NCBI RefSeq assembly: GCF_001194135.2
Contig: NC_068987.1
Span: forward strand, 12,889,234 to 12,953,233
Origin: Octopus bimaculoides
Taxonomy: Eukaryota
Direction of reading: 5' to 3'
DNA: 64,000 bases
A program made the translations under genes and the position numbers. Shown piece after piece: positions 51,826 through 64,000 of this stretch (position 1 is its first letter; each line of letters begins with the position of its first letter). The notes below the pieces were generated by a model that was not told the origin of the DNA, did no database searches, and saw nothing but the letters and a program-made list of their open reading frames with translations.

Positions 51826-52040
51826 CTTGAGTGAGCTGGTAGAATCGTTAGTACGCCCGGCAAAATGTTTTGCAGCACTTCGTCCGTATTTATGTTCTGA
51901 GTTCAAATTCTGCCGAAGTCGACTTTGCCTTTCATCCTTTCGTGGGTCGATAAAATAAATACCGGCTGAACCCTGGGGACGATGAATCGACTTACCGCCT
52001 CCCCGAAATTGCTGGCCTTGTGCCAAAATTTGAAACCAAT
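51826..52040 (+). mobile_element. SINE family A
   Basis: Matches the consensus. Confidence 0.85.
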
Positions 52041-52514
52041 AATATTAAACTGCTTAAACAATTAACTAATTATTTACTTGATTAATTGATATTTCAGTGA
52101 ATCGATGTTCTCTTGTATACCTTCAATAAAACAATAACTAATTTGTTATTTAAATGTATGCTGTACCTTATTTTTTTTTCCGTGTGACCTGTTTTCTCTG
52201 ACTATTTTTACATGTGACGTTTTTTCTAAATTCATATATACATAAGTACACACACACACACAAGCATTTATACAGATATATTGTCTAGGCTTTGTTTTTA
52301 AGGTTGCCTTTATGGTCAGTATGTCACGCTAGGTTACTTCAAGGAAAGTAGATAGGTCAAGAACTAAAAATAAGATAAAATAAAATTCAATATATCATAG
52401 AAAAATACCTGAAGCGATAAGTAGGAAAGAACAAGTTTAAACACGCTCACTATATCGCATCTATTGAACCTTCCATTCAGAAAGCACTATAGAAATGAAG
52501 GAATATTTTCGGGT

Positions 52515-52751
52515 CACCTTGTTACTTGTTTCAGTCGTTGAACTGTGGCCATGCTGGAGCGAGGCTTTGTCGGTTTAGTTGTACAAATCTACCTCCATTG
52601 GGGGTACTTGTTCTATTGCTTTCTTTTGTTGCACTGCTACGTTTAGGGGATGTAAACAAACCAGTACCGGTGTCCAGCGGGTGATGGGGAAAATATAAAT
52701 ATGAAGACAGAGACACGCACTCTGTAGGTGTGTGTGTCTGTATCTACCTGT

Positions 52752-52797
<46 letters not shown>

Positions 52798-52960
52798 GCA
52801 TGCATAGATACATACATACATACATACATATGTATGTATGTATACATCTATGTATTAATATACATGTATATATGCACACACATGCACACATACATATAAA
52901 TGTATACGACGGGATTTTTCACAGTTTCTGTCTACCAAATTCACTCACAAAGCATTGGTT
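52515..52960 (-). mobile_element. SINE family B with expanded compound internal microsatellite
   Basis: Tail 52515-52720, (ATAG)n(ATAC)n insert, head part 52905-52960. Confidence 0.75.
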
Positions 52961-53952
52961 GGCCCGGCACTAAAGTGTAGTTTTGAAATTGCTAAAATTT
53001 ATTCAAGTTTCCGTGAGAATAAGACTATGGACATTATCCCCAAATCGGCGATCATACTTTACAATTTCCGTAGATACAAAAATTCCATAAACTACGGTCG
53101 TCGTGCCGCTTGTGCGACATTAACGGTAGCTTTAGTTCAGCAAGTGATAATGAGAGAAAATGTTTCGTTTTGATTCTAGACTTCACAAAATGTTTCAATT
53201 CTCTTTACTCCTGAAATTTTATGGCCTGGAAACTTTGGTCTATGTAGTGTAGTAAACATGTCTCGACTTGTATTTCAACAAGTCTAGGTACAGCTCCTCC
53301 CACCTCAACCCTTTATGTTTTATCTTTCTATCAAATATTTTATTCATTTATTTATCATTTATTCACTTTTGACCTCTCTGTGTTCTCATTGTTTAAATAC
53401 CTTTCCTTAAAATAGCCATACGCGATTCACATTGATCATAAATTAGAAGTACATACATACATACATACATACATACATACATACATACATACATACATAA
53501 ATACATACATGCATGCATGCATACATACATACGTATATAGCGTACATATATATACATATATAACAGAAACGATTGAGACGGAAAATGGAATATAGGGGAA
53601 ACTTTATTTTCTGTCTCTGTCGTTTCTGCTAAACTCAACGTACACCGAGGAATTCCTGCGGTAGATCCAGTGACTATTGTGCAATTACTGTGGATGACAC
53701 CAGGTAGCCATAGACAGTGAACGTGCTTTGTCGGCATACTACTAGGAACATACCCAACATGTAAATTTAAATTTTAACTTACACACACACACACACACAC
53801 AAACACACTCACACACATATGTAGTTGTAGAATAATTCAATGTAGAAGGATCCAATGTCTGCGAGACAGCTGCATACATACATACATACATACATACATA
53901 CATACATGCATGCATGCATGTATGAATATATGCGTGCGAGTGTGTGTATGGG

Positions 53953-53984
<32 letters not shown>

Positions 53985-54697
53985 AGAGAGATAGGGAGAG
54001 AGAAAGAATAAGTGACAGACAAACTGACAGACAGAGTGACGGAGTGGTGGTGAGAGAAACGTAGATTAAAAATAAATCTGACGACATTTCCTAAATGACA
54101 ATGTATTGATAGCAGGTATTCCTTATTGAATTCCATTAAGAAATCGAAACAAGTTTCAACTATTTGATCGTTGTTACTCACAAGTAAATTATCCTCTCTG
54201 GCTGCATAGGCAGTATTGTTGTTGCTGTTTAAAAGCGTGAAGTATTTCTTTCTTTAAGATTTTTATTGATCCGGCTTTGCCACCCGCTGATTGTAGGCGT
54301 TTGGTATCATTGCTAATGAATAGGAGAAGTAAATCAAGCATCATGTCCACCACATAAAACGTGTAACGAGGGATGTTTAATATCCCACATTAATCGCATT
54401 CAGGATTAAACGGTTGTAAGAAACCACGAGTGAATCACTTTTCCTATCATACCAGCTGTTTATCGGCGTTTATTGAGCTTACATCTTACATCAATTGCTG
54501 ATGTAACGTCATAGACTAATTTAGAATACCGTATTTAATGTCATACAAGTCGCATTTTCATTTTTCAAAAGATGCCTCAGAAATATTACTAAGTTGTGTC
54601 TTATAGGCCTTAATGCACTAAAACTTTTTTCCCCTTGAATATGCGCTGCTGAAATTAGGGCGCGATTAATAAACCTTGGCGTATTTTATTTTTTTCT

Positions 54698-54900
54698 ACT
54701 CTAGGCACAAGGCCCAAAATTTGTGGGGAGGCGCCAGGCGATTAGATCGTTCCCAGTACGCAACCGGTACTTAATTTAGCGACCCCGAAAGGATGAAAGG
54801 TATAGTCAACCTTGGCGGAACTTGAACTCAGAAAGTAAAGACGGACGAAATGCCGCTAAGCGTTTTGCTCGGTGCGCTAACGACTCTGCCACCTCGCCAC
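54698..54900 (-). mobile_element. SINE family A
   Basis: Reverse complement of the consensus. Confidence 0.85.
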
Positions 54901-55539
54901 CTTTCCCTGTGATATAAAGATGGTTACAAATATTTTTTTCTGCTCTAAACACAAGACTCGAAATTTTTTTTATCTATCCATAGGTTCATAGAAATTGATT
55001 TACAGCAGAAAACTCACAAAATAATCAGATACCATGAATTGCATTTCGAAAAGTGATAATGTAACTCATCAATGTTGTAAAACAAAGAATTGTCAGGATA
55101 AAACATTAGAGTTAACGACTGTCAAACTTGATGCTTAATAAAATCGGACATTTTATTCTTAATGACCTGATATATATATATATANNNNNNNNNNNNNNNN
55201 NNNNNNNNNNNNNNNNNNNNNNNNNNNNNNNNNNNNNNNNNNNNNNNNNNNNNNNNNNNNNNNNNNNNNNNNNNNNNNNNNNNNNNNNNNNNNNNNNNNN
55301 NNNNNNNNNNNNNNNNNNNNNNNNNNNNNNNNNNNNNNNNNNNNNNNNNNNNNNNNNNNNNNNNNNNNNNNNNNNNNNNNNNNNNNNNNNNNNNNNNNNN
55401 NNNNNNNATATATATCTCGCTCTTATATCTTTTGATTTTTGCACACCTTGCGAGAGAATTTGTTACACACAGAAACTGTGAGGAAACGCGTCATTTATAT
55501 ATTTGAAGGTCTGTGTATATCGTTGTGTTTGTCTATGTT

Positions 55540-55710
55540 CCCACCTACACTGCTTGGCAACCGACGTTAGTTTGTTTACATCCCTGTTATTTAGCAGTTC
55601 AAGCAAAGAGTTCAATAGAATCAGTACCACGCATAAAAATAAGTCTTGAGATCGATTTGTTTGACTAAACTCCTAGCATGGCCGCAGTCCAATGAAACAA
55701 GTGAAAGAGT
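55540..55710 (+). mobile_element. SINE family B 3' fragment
   Basis: gcttggcaaccgacgttagtttgtttacatccc...gcatggccgcagtcc...aaacaagtgaaagagt. Confidence 0.7.
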
Positions 55711-55924
55711 ATTAAGCTAGTGTTTGGAACATAAATTAACATGAAATTTTAATACAAGATTTTACTTCAAAACAGGCTGTTTGCATCATAGAACTAGGGA
55801 TGGTCCCAGACAATAAAATGACAATTAAACTAGAAACTGGCTTAGCTTCAATAACAAATAATAGCAAAGACCAAGCAGAAGCTATTAACAACCTACTAAT
55901 TGTCACGAAAGTTTGTTTATTATT

Positions 55925-56125
55925 AGAATCGTTAGCACACCGGACAAAATGCTTAGCGGCATTTCGTCCATCTTTATGTTCTGAGTTCAAATTCCATCGA
56001 GGACAACCATGCCTTTCATCCTTTCGGGGTCGATAAATTAAGCACCAGTTACGCAACTGGGGTCGATGCAATCGACTTAATCCCTTCCCCAAATTTGAGG
56101 CCTTGTGCTTCCAGTAGAAAGGATT
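55925..56125 (+). mobile_element. SINE family A
   Basis: Matches the consensus. Confidence 0.85.
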
Positions 56126-56981
56126 ATTACCCCTTTCTTATTTTTTCTGACCAGGCTCCCGTGGTTTTATGGGTTTTTCCACGTGTAACCTTTCCTTTTT
56201 CGAAGCGCCTCCTCCTTTGGGAGTTCTACTTATTTATTTAGCTATTTATTTATCTATTTATTTATTATATCTTTCTCCGTTTTCTTCCTCTGTTTAGACG
56301 AACTTTCCTACCTTTTCGGACAAAACCTTTTGTAACCTTCGTCCTGTCTTTGTCCTTACATGTTTTTAATTGATATTAGCCCTTGTGGCCAATAAAACGA
56401 ATTATTATTATTATTATTATTATTATTATCATTATTATTATTNNNNNNNNNNNNNNNNNNNNNNNNNNNNNNNNNNNNNNNNNNNNNNNNNNNNNNNNNN
56501 NNNNNNNNNNNNNNNNNNNNNNNNNNNNNNNNNNNNNNNNNNNNNNNNNNNNNNNNNNNNNNNNNNNNNNNNNNNNNNNNNNNNNNNNNNNNNNNNNNNN
56601 NNNNNNNNNNNNNNNNNNNNNNNNNNNNNNNNNNNNNNNNNNNNNNNNNNNNNNNNNNNNNNNNNNNNNNNNNNNNNNNNNNNNNNNNNNNNNNNNNNNN
56701 NNNNNNNNNNNNNNNNNNNNNNNNNNNNNNNNNNNNNNNNNNNNNNNNNNNNNNNNNNNNNNNNNNNNNNNNNNNNNNNNNNNNNNNNNNNNNNNNNNNN
56801 NNNNNNNNNNNNNNNNNNNNNNNNNNNNNNNNNNNNNNNNNNNNNNNNNNNNNNNNNNNNNNNNNNNNNNNNNNNNNNNNNNNNNNNNNNNNNNNNNNNN
56901 NNNNNNNNNNNNNNNNNNNNNNNNNNNNNNNNNNNNNNNNNNNNNNNNNNNNNNNNNNNNNNNNNNNNNNNNNNNNNNNNN

Positions 56982-57286
56982 NTGAGTGTTTATTGAGCGA
57001 AAACACCTAAATGCTCCACGAGGCTCCGGCAGGGGATGGTGGCGAACCCTGCTGTACTCTTCCACCACATCTTTCTCTCACTCTTTCTTCCTGTTTCTGT
57101 TGTGCCTGTAATTCAAAGGGTCAACCTTGTCACACTCTGTGTCACGCTGAATATCCCCAAGAACTACGTTATGGGTACACGTGTCTGTGGAGTGCTCAGC
57201 CACTTGCACGTTCATTTCACGAGCAGGCTGTTCCGGTGATCGGATCAACTGGAACCCTCAACGTCGTAAGCGACGGAGTGCCAACA
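56982..57286 (+). mobile_element. SINE body D plus tail X (head lost in gap)
   Basis: Colinear with the reverse complement of 58797-59182. Confidence 0.85.
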
Positions 57287-57532
57287 GGTACTACTCTCAT
57301 GTATGTACGCACGCACGCACGTACGTACGCACGTATGTATGTATGGATGCATGGATGGATGGATGTGTGTGTGTGTATTTATGTATGTATGTATGTATGT
57401 ATGTGTATCTATATGTGTGTATGAGAGACAGAGGTGGAGTATCATACCAAATGTAAAAACAGCGTTGAAAGGCAGTTTACTGTGGTATTCATCCAGAGAT
57501 AACATCTCTTATAGACGTGCTGGTATTAAAAA

Positions 57533-57572
<40 letters not shown>

Positions 57573-58363
57573 CAAAAACACAATAACAAAAAAACAAAAA
57601 AACAACAAAGTGAGGACGTGATATGGATAGTATTATTGGACGCTCAGGAAAGGAAATATATATATATATATCGAAAGGAAAAGAAAATTGTCCCAGCTAT
57701 TGAGAATAACAATTGTATTTCAGCTTCATTGGAATATATACATATAAAGGCGGTGCTCCAGCATGGCCGCAGTCAAATGAATGAAACAAGTAAAAGAGTA
57801 NNNNNNNNNNNNNNNNNNNNNNNNNNNNNNNNNNNNNNNNNNNNNNNNNNNNNNNNNNNNNNNNNNNNNNNNNNNNNNNNNNNNNNNNNNNNNNNNNNNN
57901 NNNNNNNNNNNNNNNNNNNNNNNNNNNNNNNNNNNNNNNNNNNNNNNNNNNNNNNNNNNNNNNNNNNNNNNNNNNNNNNNNNNNNNNNNNNNNNNNNNNN
58001 NNNNNNNNNNNNNNNNNNNNNNNNNNNNNNNNNNNNNNNNNNNNNNNNNNNNNNNNNNNNNNNNNNNNNNNNNNNNNNNNNNNNNNNNNNNNNNNNNNNN
58101 NNNNNNNNNNNNNNNNNNNNNNNNNNNNNNNNNNNNNNNNNNNNNNNNNNNNNNNNNNNNNNNNNNNNNNNNNNNNNNNNNNNNNNNNNNNNNNNNNNNN
58201 NNNNNNNNNNNNNNNNNNNNNNNNNNNNNNNNNNNNNNNNNNNNNNNNNNNNNNNNNNNNNNNNNNNNNNNNNNNNNNNNNNNNNNNNNNNNNNNNNNNN
58301 NNNNNNNNNNNNNNNNNNNNNNNNNNNNNNNNNNNNNNNNNNNNNNNNNNNNNNNNNNNNNNN

Positions 58364-58409
<46 letters not shown>

Positions 58410-58413
<4 letters not shown>

Positions 58414-58778
58414 TAGTTTTAGCTCAAGGGTTGTGGCCACGCTGGGGCTCCACACACGGGTGTTGTAACATCTTTAGTAATCCTGCTTTAAAAGCTAGCA
58501 TTTGTTGAATGAGGGAATTTGGTGCAGCTTCCCTAAGTTCCCACTTCCTGCCGTAAAATGAGAAGGGCTCATCTGGAACACTTGACAATAGGAGATCCAG
58601 TCTGGTTTTGGAGATATATACCTCCACATCATGCAGGTCCCTCAGCACTTTCGGGGGCATATTGAATAGCTGTGTGCCCTTGAATCCTAATCTATATTGC
58701 AGTATCTGGTCATATATTTTGACAGCAGGGGTTGAATTTTAGGCACTGTGCTATGGCGCTCTGTTTGCCCTCTTCCTA
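58410..58778 (-). pseudogene. 3' end of a CR1/L2-type LINE
   Basis: LRDLHDVEVYISKTRLDLLLSSVPDEP...AAPNSLIQQ matches the C-terminus of CR1-like ORF2. Confidence 0.7.
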
Positions 58779-58796
58779 CATACATACATACATACA

Positions 58797-59182
58797 TTGT
58801 TGTTGGCACTCCGTCGCTTACGACGTCGAGGGTTCCAGTTGATCCGATCAACGGAACAGCCTGCTCGTGAAATTAACGTGCAAGTGGCTGAGCACTCCAC
58901 AGACACGTGTACCCTTAACGTAGTTCTTGGGGATATTCAACGTAACACAGTGTGACAAGGCTGACCCTTTGAATTACAGGCACAACAGAAACAGGAAGTA
59001 AGAGTGAGAGAAAGTTGTGGTGAAAGAGTACAGCAGGGTTCGCCACCTTCCCCTGCCGGAGCCTCGTGGAGCTTTAAGTGTTTTTGTTCAATAAACACTC
59101 ACAACACCCTGTCTGGGAATCGAAACCGCGATCCTATGACCGCGAGTCCGCTGCCCTAACCACTGGGCCATTGCACCTCCAC
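58797..59182 (-). mobile_element. Full-length SINE body D plus tail X, inserted in (TACA)n
   Basis: tRNA-like head gtggaggtgcaatggcccagtggttagggcagcggac...ggtttcgattccc, body D, tail ending cgacggagtgccaacaacaa. Confidence 0.9.
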
Positions 59183-59991
59183 ACATACATACATACATTC
59201 ATATTCTGTGAGTAAGGCTTGGATCATTTCTGGAAAGCAATTTATATTAACTGCAGCACAACTTCACATTAGGATTTCCAACATGGCATCAAATATTTCC
59301 TTCAAGTGATGTGGATCCAACTATAAGGAATTTGTTGATTTTGTTCTTTGGTGGGTTTTTTCCCCTTTTTCTGTACATGCGCTACGGGATGTTTGAACCG
59401 ATTAACCTAACTTTTTGTCACTCTTCTGCCAATAAATTATAATGTCATTAAAATATATCGCCGATTTCGCTGACAACTTCCAATTCAAATTGAGTTGGAA
59501 ATTTGCCAATCAAATGACACATGAATGAAAGTAGCCCAGGGACGGTTTCTCAACGACATATGTCAAAACTGTATTGTGCTATTTCGGCTGCAAAAAATAA
59601 CAATCCACCATTTTGGACTTGTATAAGCGGAAAATTAATTGCAAGAATTAATTACTGGAAAATGTGGCAGTTGGATAGATGAAATATTTTAGTGTTCTCT
59701 GCATTCGTAACTCTGCGTGGATTATATGTCAGTCTGTTTGGAAATGTTCGTGTGTGTGTATGTATGTATATGCATAGGTATATACATATATATATATATA
59801 GATAGATAGACATAAATATACATATATATACATACAAGCTTATCTATATATGCACATATATACAATATATGTGCATATATTCATGTATGTGTGTATATAT
59901 ATATGTATATACATATTTATATGCATATATATATATGCATATACATGCATAAATACATATATATATACATATATACATATATATCTGTGTA

Positions 59992-60036
<45 letters not shown>

Positions 60037-60098
60037 TTATTTATATATATATGAATGTATAGATAATATATATGTACGTTTGTATGTTTATATGTGCG

Positions 60099-60185
<87 letters not shown>

Positions 60186-61574
60186 TGCGTGCATATCCGA
60201 GCATCTATGTGTGTGTGTGTGTATAAGAGAGAGAGAGAAACCGAGGAAGAGAAAGAGAGTGAGGGAGGACAGCGAGCATAAGTGTTCGCCAGTCTGTAAA
60301 TATGAACAAAATGTGTTTGTGTTCGCGAGAGGCAAGTTTTTGGATTCCTATGAAACAGTGGTTGAATATACGTGTTGGAAGATATGTATTATTAAGTTCT
60401 GTGCTTATAAATATTTGCCGTTGCCAGTTAAAAGTGAATATTTCCTGTTGCTATTTTCACAAATAATCTGCTTTCATCTTGGAGTGCTAAAACATTCAGA
60501 ACTCCGCTAATAAATTGCTTTTGTGAAAAAATGTACATTAGTCGGATTGGATAAAGTATACGAATAATATTATATGCAAGCGTTCGTTTAATAAGTGAAA
60601 TGCAAATGGTCCATCAAAGAAAACCACTTACAGATCTAAAGGTACCCTAAACATTGTTTTAAATGTCAATAGAATAAATAAGATAAAGAAATTACTACCT
60701 AACAAAAGAGACTTTAGATTTGCCTGTTATTTGTAGCAGGCTCTTCAATATGCTAGATATAGCTGTCAAATTTCTCTGAAATCACAGCCGTTTTTCTTTT
60801 TGTTTTGTTTTTTGTGTTTTTCTTCAAGAAAGGAAGGTCACTTTATAGTGCAGTTCCTGGAAAACCGTAAAATATTAGGATGGACACATTCGGAACTCTT
60901 TGCTTATAAGTGTGGTCCTGTTCGATCGGAGTTGGCTTCTGGCTAAAACAAAATGGAGTAATAAGCAAGAGATTGACACTCCCCACCGACTCTTCTGTCC
61001 GATTTAGCTCCAAGCATAACTTTCTGAAAAATGCTCATCTTTCAATTCAAATTTTGCAGCCGTGTGGATTAAGCAGTTTGCTTCGTAACTAAGTGATTTT
61101 GGTTGCAGGCCCTCGGCGTGACAGCTTCAGCAAGTATCTTTTACTATGACCTTGGGTTAACCAATGGTTTGTGAGCGATATTTTGGTCGACGTAAACTGC
61201 CCGGAAATGCATCAGAGAAACTATTCCTATTCGTGGATGGTAGACTTAATCCAGTGTCTTTAGCAAAATCTACTTTGTTCTAAATATTAGGGTCAGCCTC
61301 CGGTTTTAGCATAGCTGCTCTTCCTCTTCAGACGAAGCCGTTACACACCAACACCTTCAACATCACCAATAAAAACAGTTGTAAGAAATCAAATGTGAAT
61401 GAAGAGACATAAGGAAAAATATATTATAAATACTGTTTATTTCAAATATGTATATTCACGTAACAGCTTCTTTCTTTATAAGACACAGGCGCTTGCTACC
61501 CAGCTTTATTTTATAAACAACATTTGTGATATAATATGGAGGATTTTATAGATTCAAATATGTTACTACTAAAT

Positions 61575-61770
61575 TATCTTTTACTTGTTTTAGTTGTTTG
61601 ACTGCGGTCATGCTGGAGCAAGGCCTTTGATTGAACAAATCTGCCCCAGGACTTATTCTTTGTAAGTCTAGTACTTATTCTATCGGTCACTTTTTGCCGA
61701 ACCGCTAAGTTACGGGGACGTAGACACACCCCCAACATTGGTTGTCAAGCGATGGTGGGCGGGCAAACAG
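61575..61770 (-). mobile_element. SINE family B 3' half
   Basis: Matches the consensus tail. Confidence 0.85.
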
Positions 61771-61849
61771 GCACAAATAACAAATAGAGCCGGTTACAAA
61801 TACTGCAAAGTACTTTGATGGTCCCACGATTCTGCTGGAATAATTGTTT

Positions 61850-62470
61850 CTAATACAGGCGCAAGAGCAGCTATTTTAAAAGGAAGTGGGGTTGTCAATT
61901 AGATCGACCCCAGCATTTCACGGGTACATTATTTTATTGACCCGGAAAGGATAACCCTGAAAGGATGACCTCGGCAGTAAATACCGCAAGGCATTTTGTC
62001 CGACACTATGACCAGTGATGATTTGAATCGAGAAGTATTGTAGGCGAATTAACCACTGTAAACAAACGCCTGTCATATGTGTCACGCAGAATACCTCAAT
62101 GTGGTCATTCGATCAGCTAAAAATGACAGCCAAATCTCCTTTAAATCATATCCTACCTTCTCAAAAAAGAAGGAAAGAAACATAGGTGTAAAGGATAATG
62201 TAGTCTTGAATGCATTAGCATGAAAGGAAAAAAACCCAGAATGATCAAAGATTAGACGCTTTTGATTATATGCTCATCCAATCAATACTGACCAGGGCCT
62301 AAATGTATATGTGAGGAGATAAGTCGATACCATCGACCTCAGGACTTGAATGGTACTTTATATTTTAGTGACCCTGAGAAGAATGGAAGGCAAAGTTGAA
62401 TTTGAACCCAGAATGGAATGAGCCGGAATACCGCTAGGTATTTTGGCCAACACTATAACGATTCTGACAA
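61850..62470 (-). mobile_element. Two diverged SINE family A fragments (61850-62000, 62315-62470)
   Basis: tcgacc...ggtac...gaccc...gaa...tttgaac segments. Confidence 0.65.
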
Positions 62471-62704
62471 GACACAGCCTTTGACCAGGGGTTAAATAAC
62501 CACAATATGTATTCAAATGAAACAATGAAATTGCCGAAATATATAATATGGGATGCTAACGATTGGAATACTGTTCATTGAAGGTCTAATCCATCAGGGT
62601 AGCCTTGGGTTAAATAATAACATATAGTCGTAAAATTATTAAGAAACGAATCCAAGAAACGAATATTAATTATTTTGATAAGGCAGATTGATAACACAGA
62701 TATA

Positions 62705-62916
62705 CAGGGTGTCCACAAAGTCTGGGTACATGGTGATTAACACATACTTTAAGAAATTATTATTCCTTATATTTAATTGTTTATGTTATGATTTTATTTA
62801 CTCCATGTACCATCATGGGGATTAACACATTATTTAAGAAATTATTATTTCTTATATTTAATTGTTTATATTATGATTTTATTTACTCCATGTACCCAGA
62901 CATTGTGGACACCCTG
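62705..62916. mobile_element. Same MITE as 50838-50964 with its interior duplicated (85-bp period)
   Basis: Same TIRs and TA flanks; the internal unit starts at 62729 and again at 62814. Confidence 0.9.
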
Positions 62917-63469
62917 TATAGAAGAGAAATTAAGTTGTTTGATACTTGTGTCTCTTTTTCCTTTTTTTCTTTGTTTTTTTTTTTTTATGCCTTGTTGCAG
63001 GAACACACACATTGGGAATGCGAAATAAATATAACCAATATATCCAACAACATATATTACAAAATTACAGCGATTATTATAACAAAAAAGTTTTGCAGTT
63101 TTATAAATTATGACATCAGAATTATATTCTGATTTCAATTTCGTTAAAATATTTCTCTTTGTAAACAGAAAATATTGTTCAAAATGTGATCTCGTGGCAA
63201 ACTTAGAAAAATTAGGCTGGTATCATATGCTGTATATTGTTTTGATTATGCATGTTTGCTTAATATTGTTTGATTTGTTCAACATTTACACAAGATGTCT
63301 CTGTTGTGTATGCTATATGTAATATCTTATTCATGAGTATACAAAATGTTTGTAACTGATAGATATATGGTTTGTCTTTTCCTTCTTTCTCACAGCAACG
63401 CGATATATTTTGTTTTATACGGGATTCATTAGGAATTATTTCACATTTGTGCATATATTCATTTCTTTA

Positions 63470-63691
63470 TTGTCCACAGAAGGCTAAACATAGAGGGGAC
63501 AAACAAGGACAGACAAAAGGTTTAAGTCAATTGCATCGACCCCAGTACGTAACTGGTACTTATTTAATCGACCCCGAAAGGAGATGAACAGTAAAGTCGA
63601 CCTCGGCGGAATTTGAACTCGGAATGTAACGGCAGACGAAATATCGGTAAGTATTTCGCCCAGCGTGCTAACGATTCTGCCAGCTCACCGC
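63470..63691 (-). mobile_element. SINE family A with tail A2
   Basis: Reverse complement of the consensus. Confidence 0.9.
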
Positions 63692-64000
63692 CCGTGAGTT
63701 GTGTATATATATATTAATAAATAAACATTGAGCAGAACAGCGTGTAATAGAAAAACCTAATATAAATTTAAAGAAATTTAAACAGTTTTTCCAAAGCCTT
63801 CCACTGTAGAACCTGAAACACATATAAATAAATACATCTTCGTAAATACCAAATATATTTTAGGCATGTCTCAAATCAATAATAATCACCAAATGATTGC
63901 AAAAATGTCCATCTGGTTCTGTAGCTTAATTTGTCAGAACGGCCGTGCGTAGTAAACCGATGGGTGCATATACTCTAAAGAGTTTATGATGCATTTTGAT

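Noticed and set aside
54170-54312. Minus-strand segment with strong acceptor and GTGAGT donor
   Set aside because: All three frames contain a stop between the two sites.
61290-61335. Minus-strand CTGAAGA...GAGC..GCT-AAAAC motif
   Set aside because: GAAA is missing and stems are inconsistent.

Overview
This is eukaryotic, AT-rich, repeat-saturated DNA from a short-read scaffold with about 21 N-gaps. The repeat content (tRNA-derived SINE families, dense micro-satellites, TTAGGG) resembles what I recall of octopus genomes; the species assignment is inference. No prokaryotic genes, CRISPR arrays, rRNAs or intact tRNAs are present, and almost all ORFs in the supplied track are microsatellite or gap artefacts. 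What can be supported: dozens of SINE copies from about four modular families; fossil fragments of L1/Tx1, Penelope-like, R4/Dong and CR1-like retroelements; three decayed Tc1/mariner transposases (two D37D maT-type, one D34D mariner); two copies of a TA-flanked MITE; and a few weak candidate minus-strand exons. The two strongest observations are (1) a complete type I hammerhead ribozyme at the tip of a 125-nt rod within a ~290-nt structured unit (8767-9054), which is retrozyme-like, plus three further hammerhead motifs including two core variants; and (2) a 604-bp foldback DNA element (22119-22722) with 39-bp TIRs, an 8-bp TSD and a central (CCCTAA)n-(TTAGGG)n telomeric palindrome. All alignments and folds were done by eye; no searches were run.
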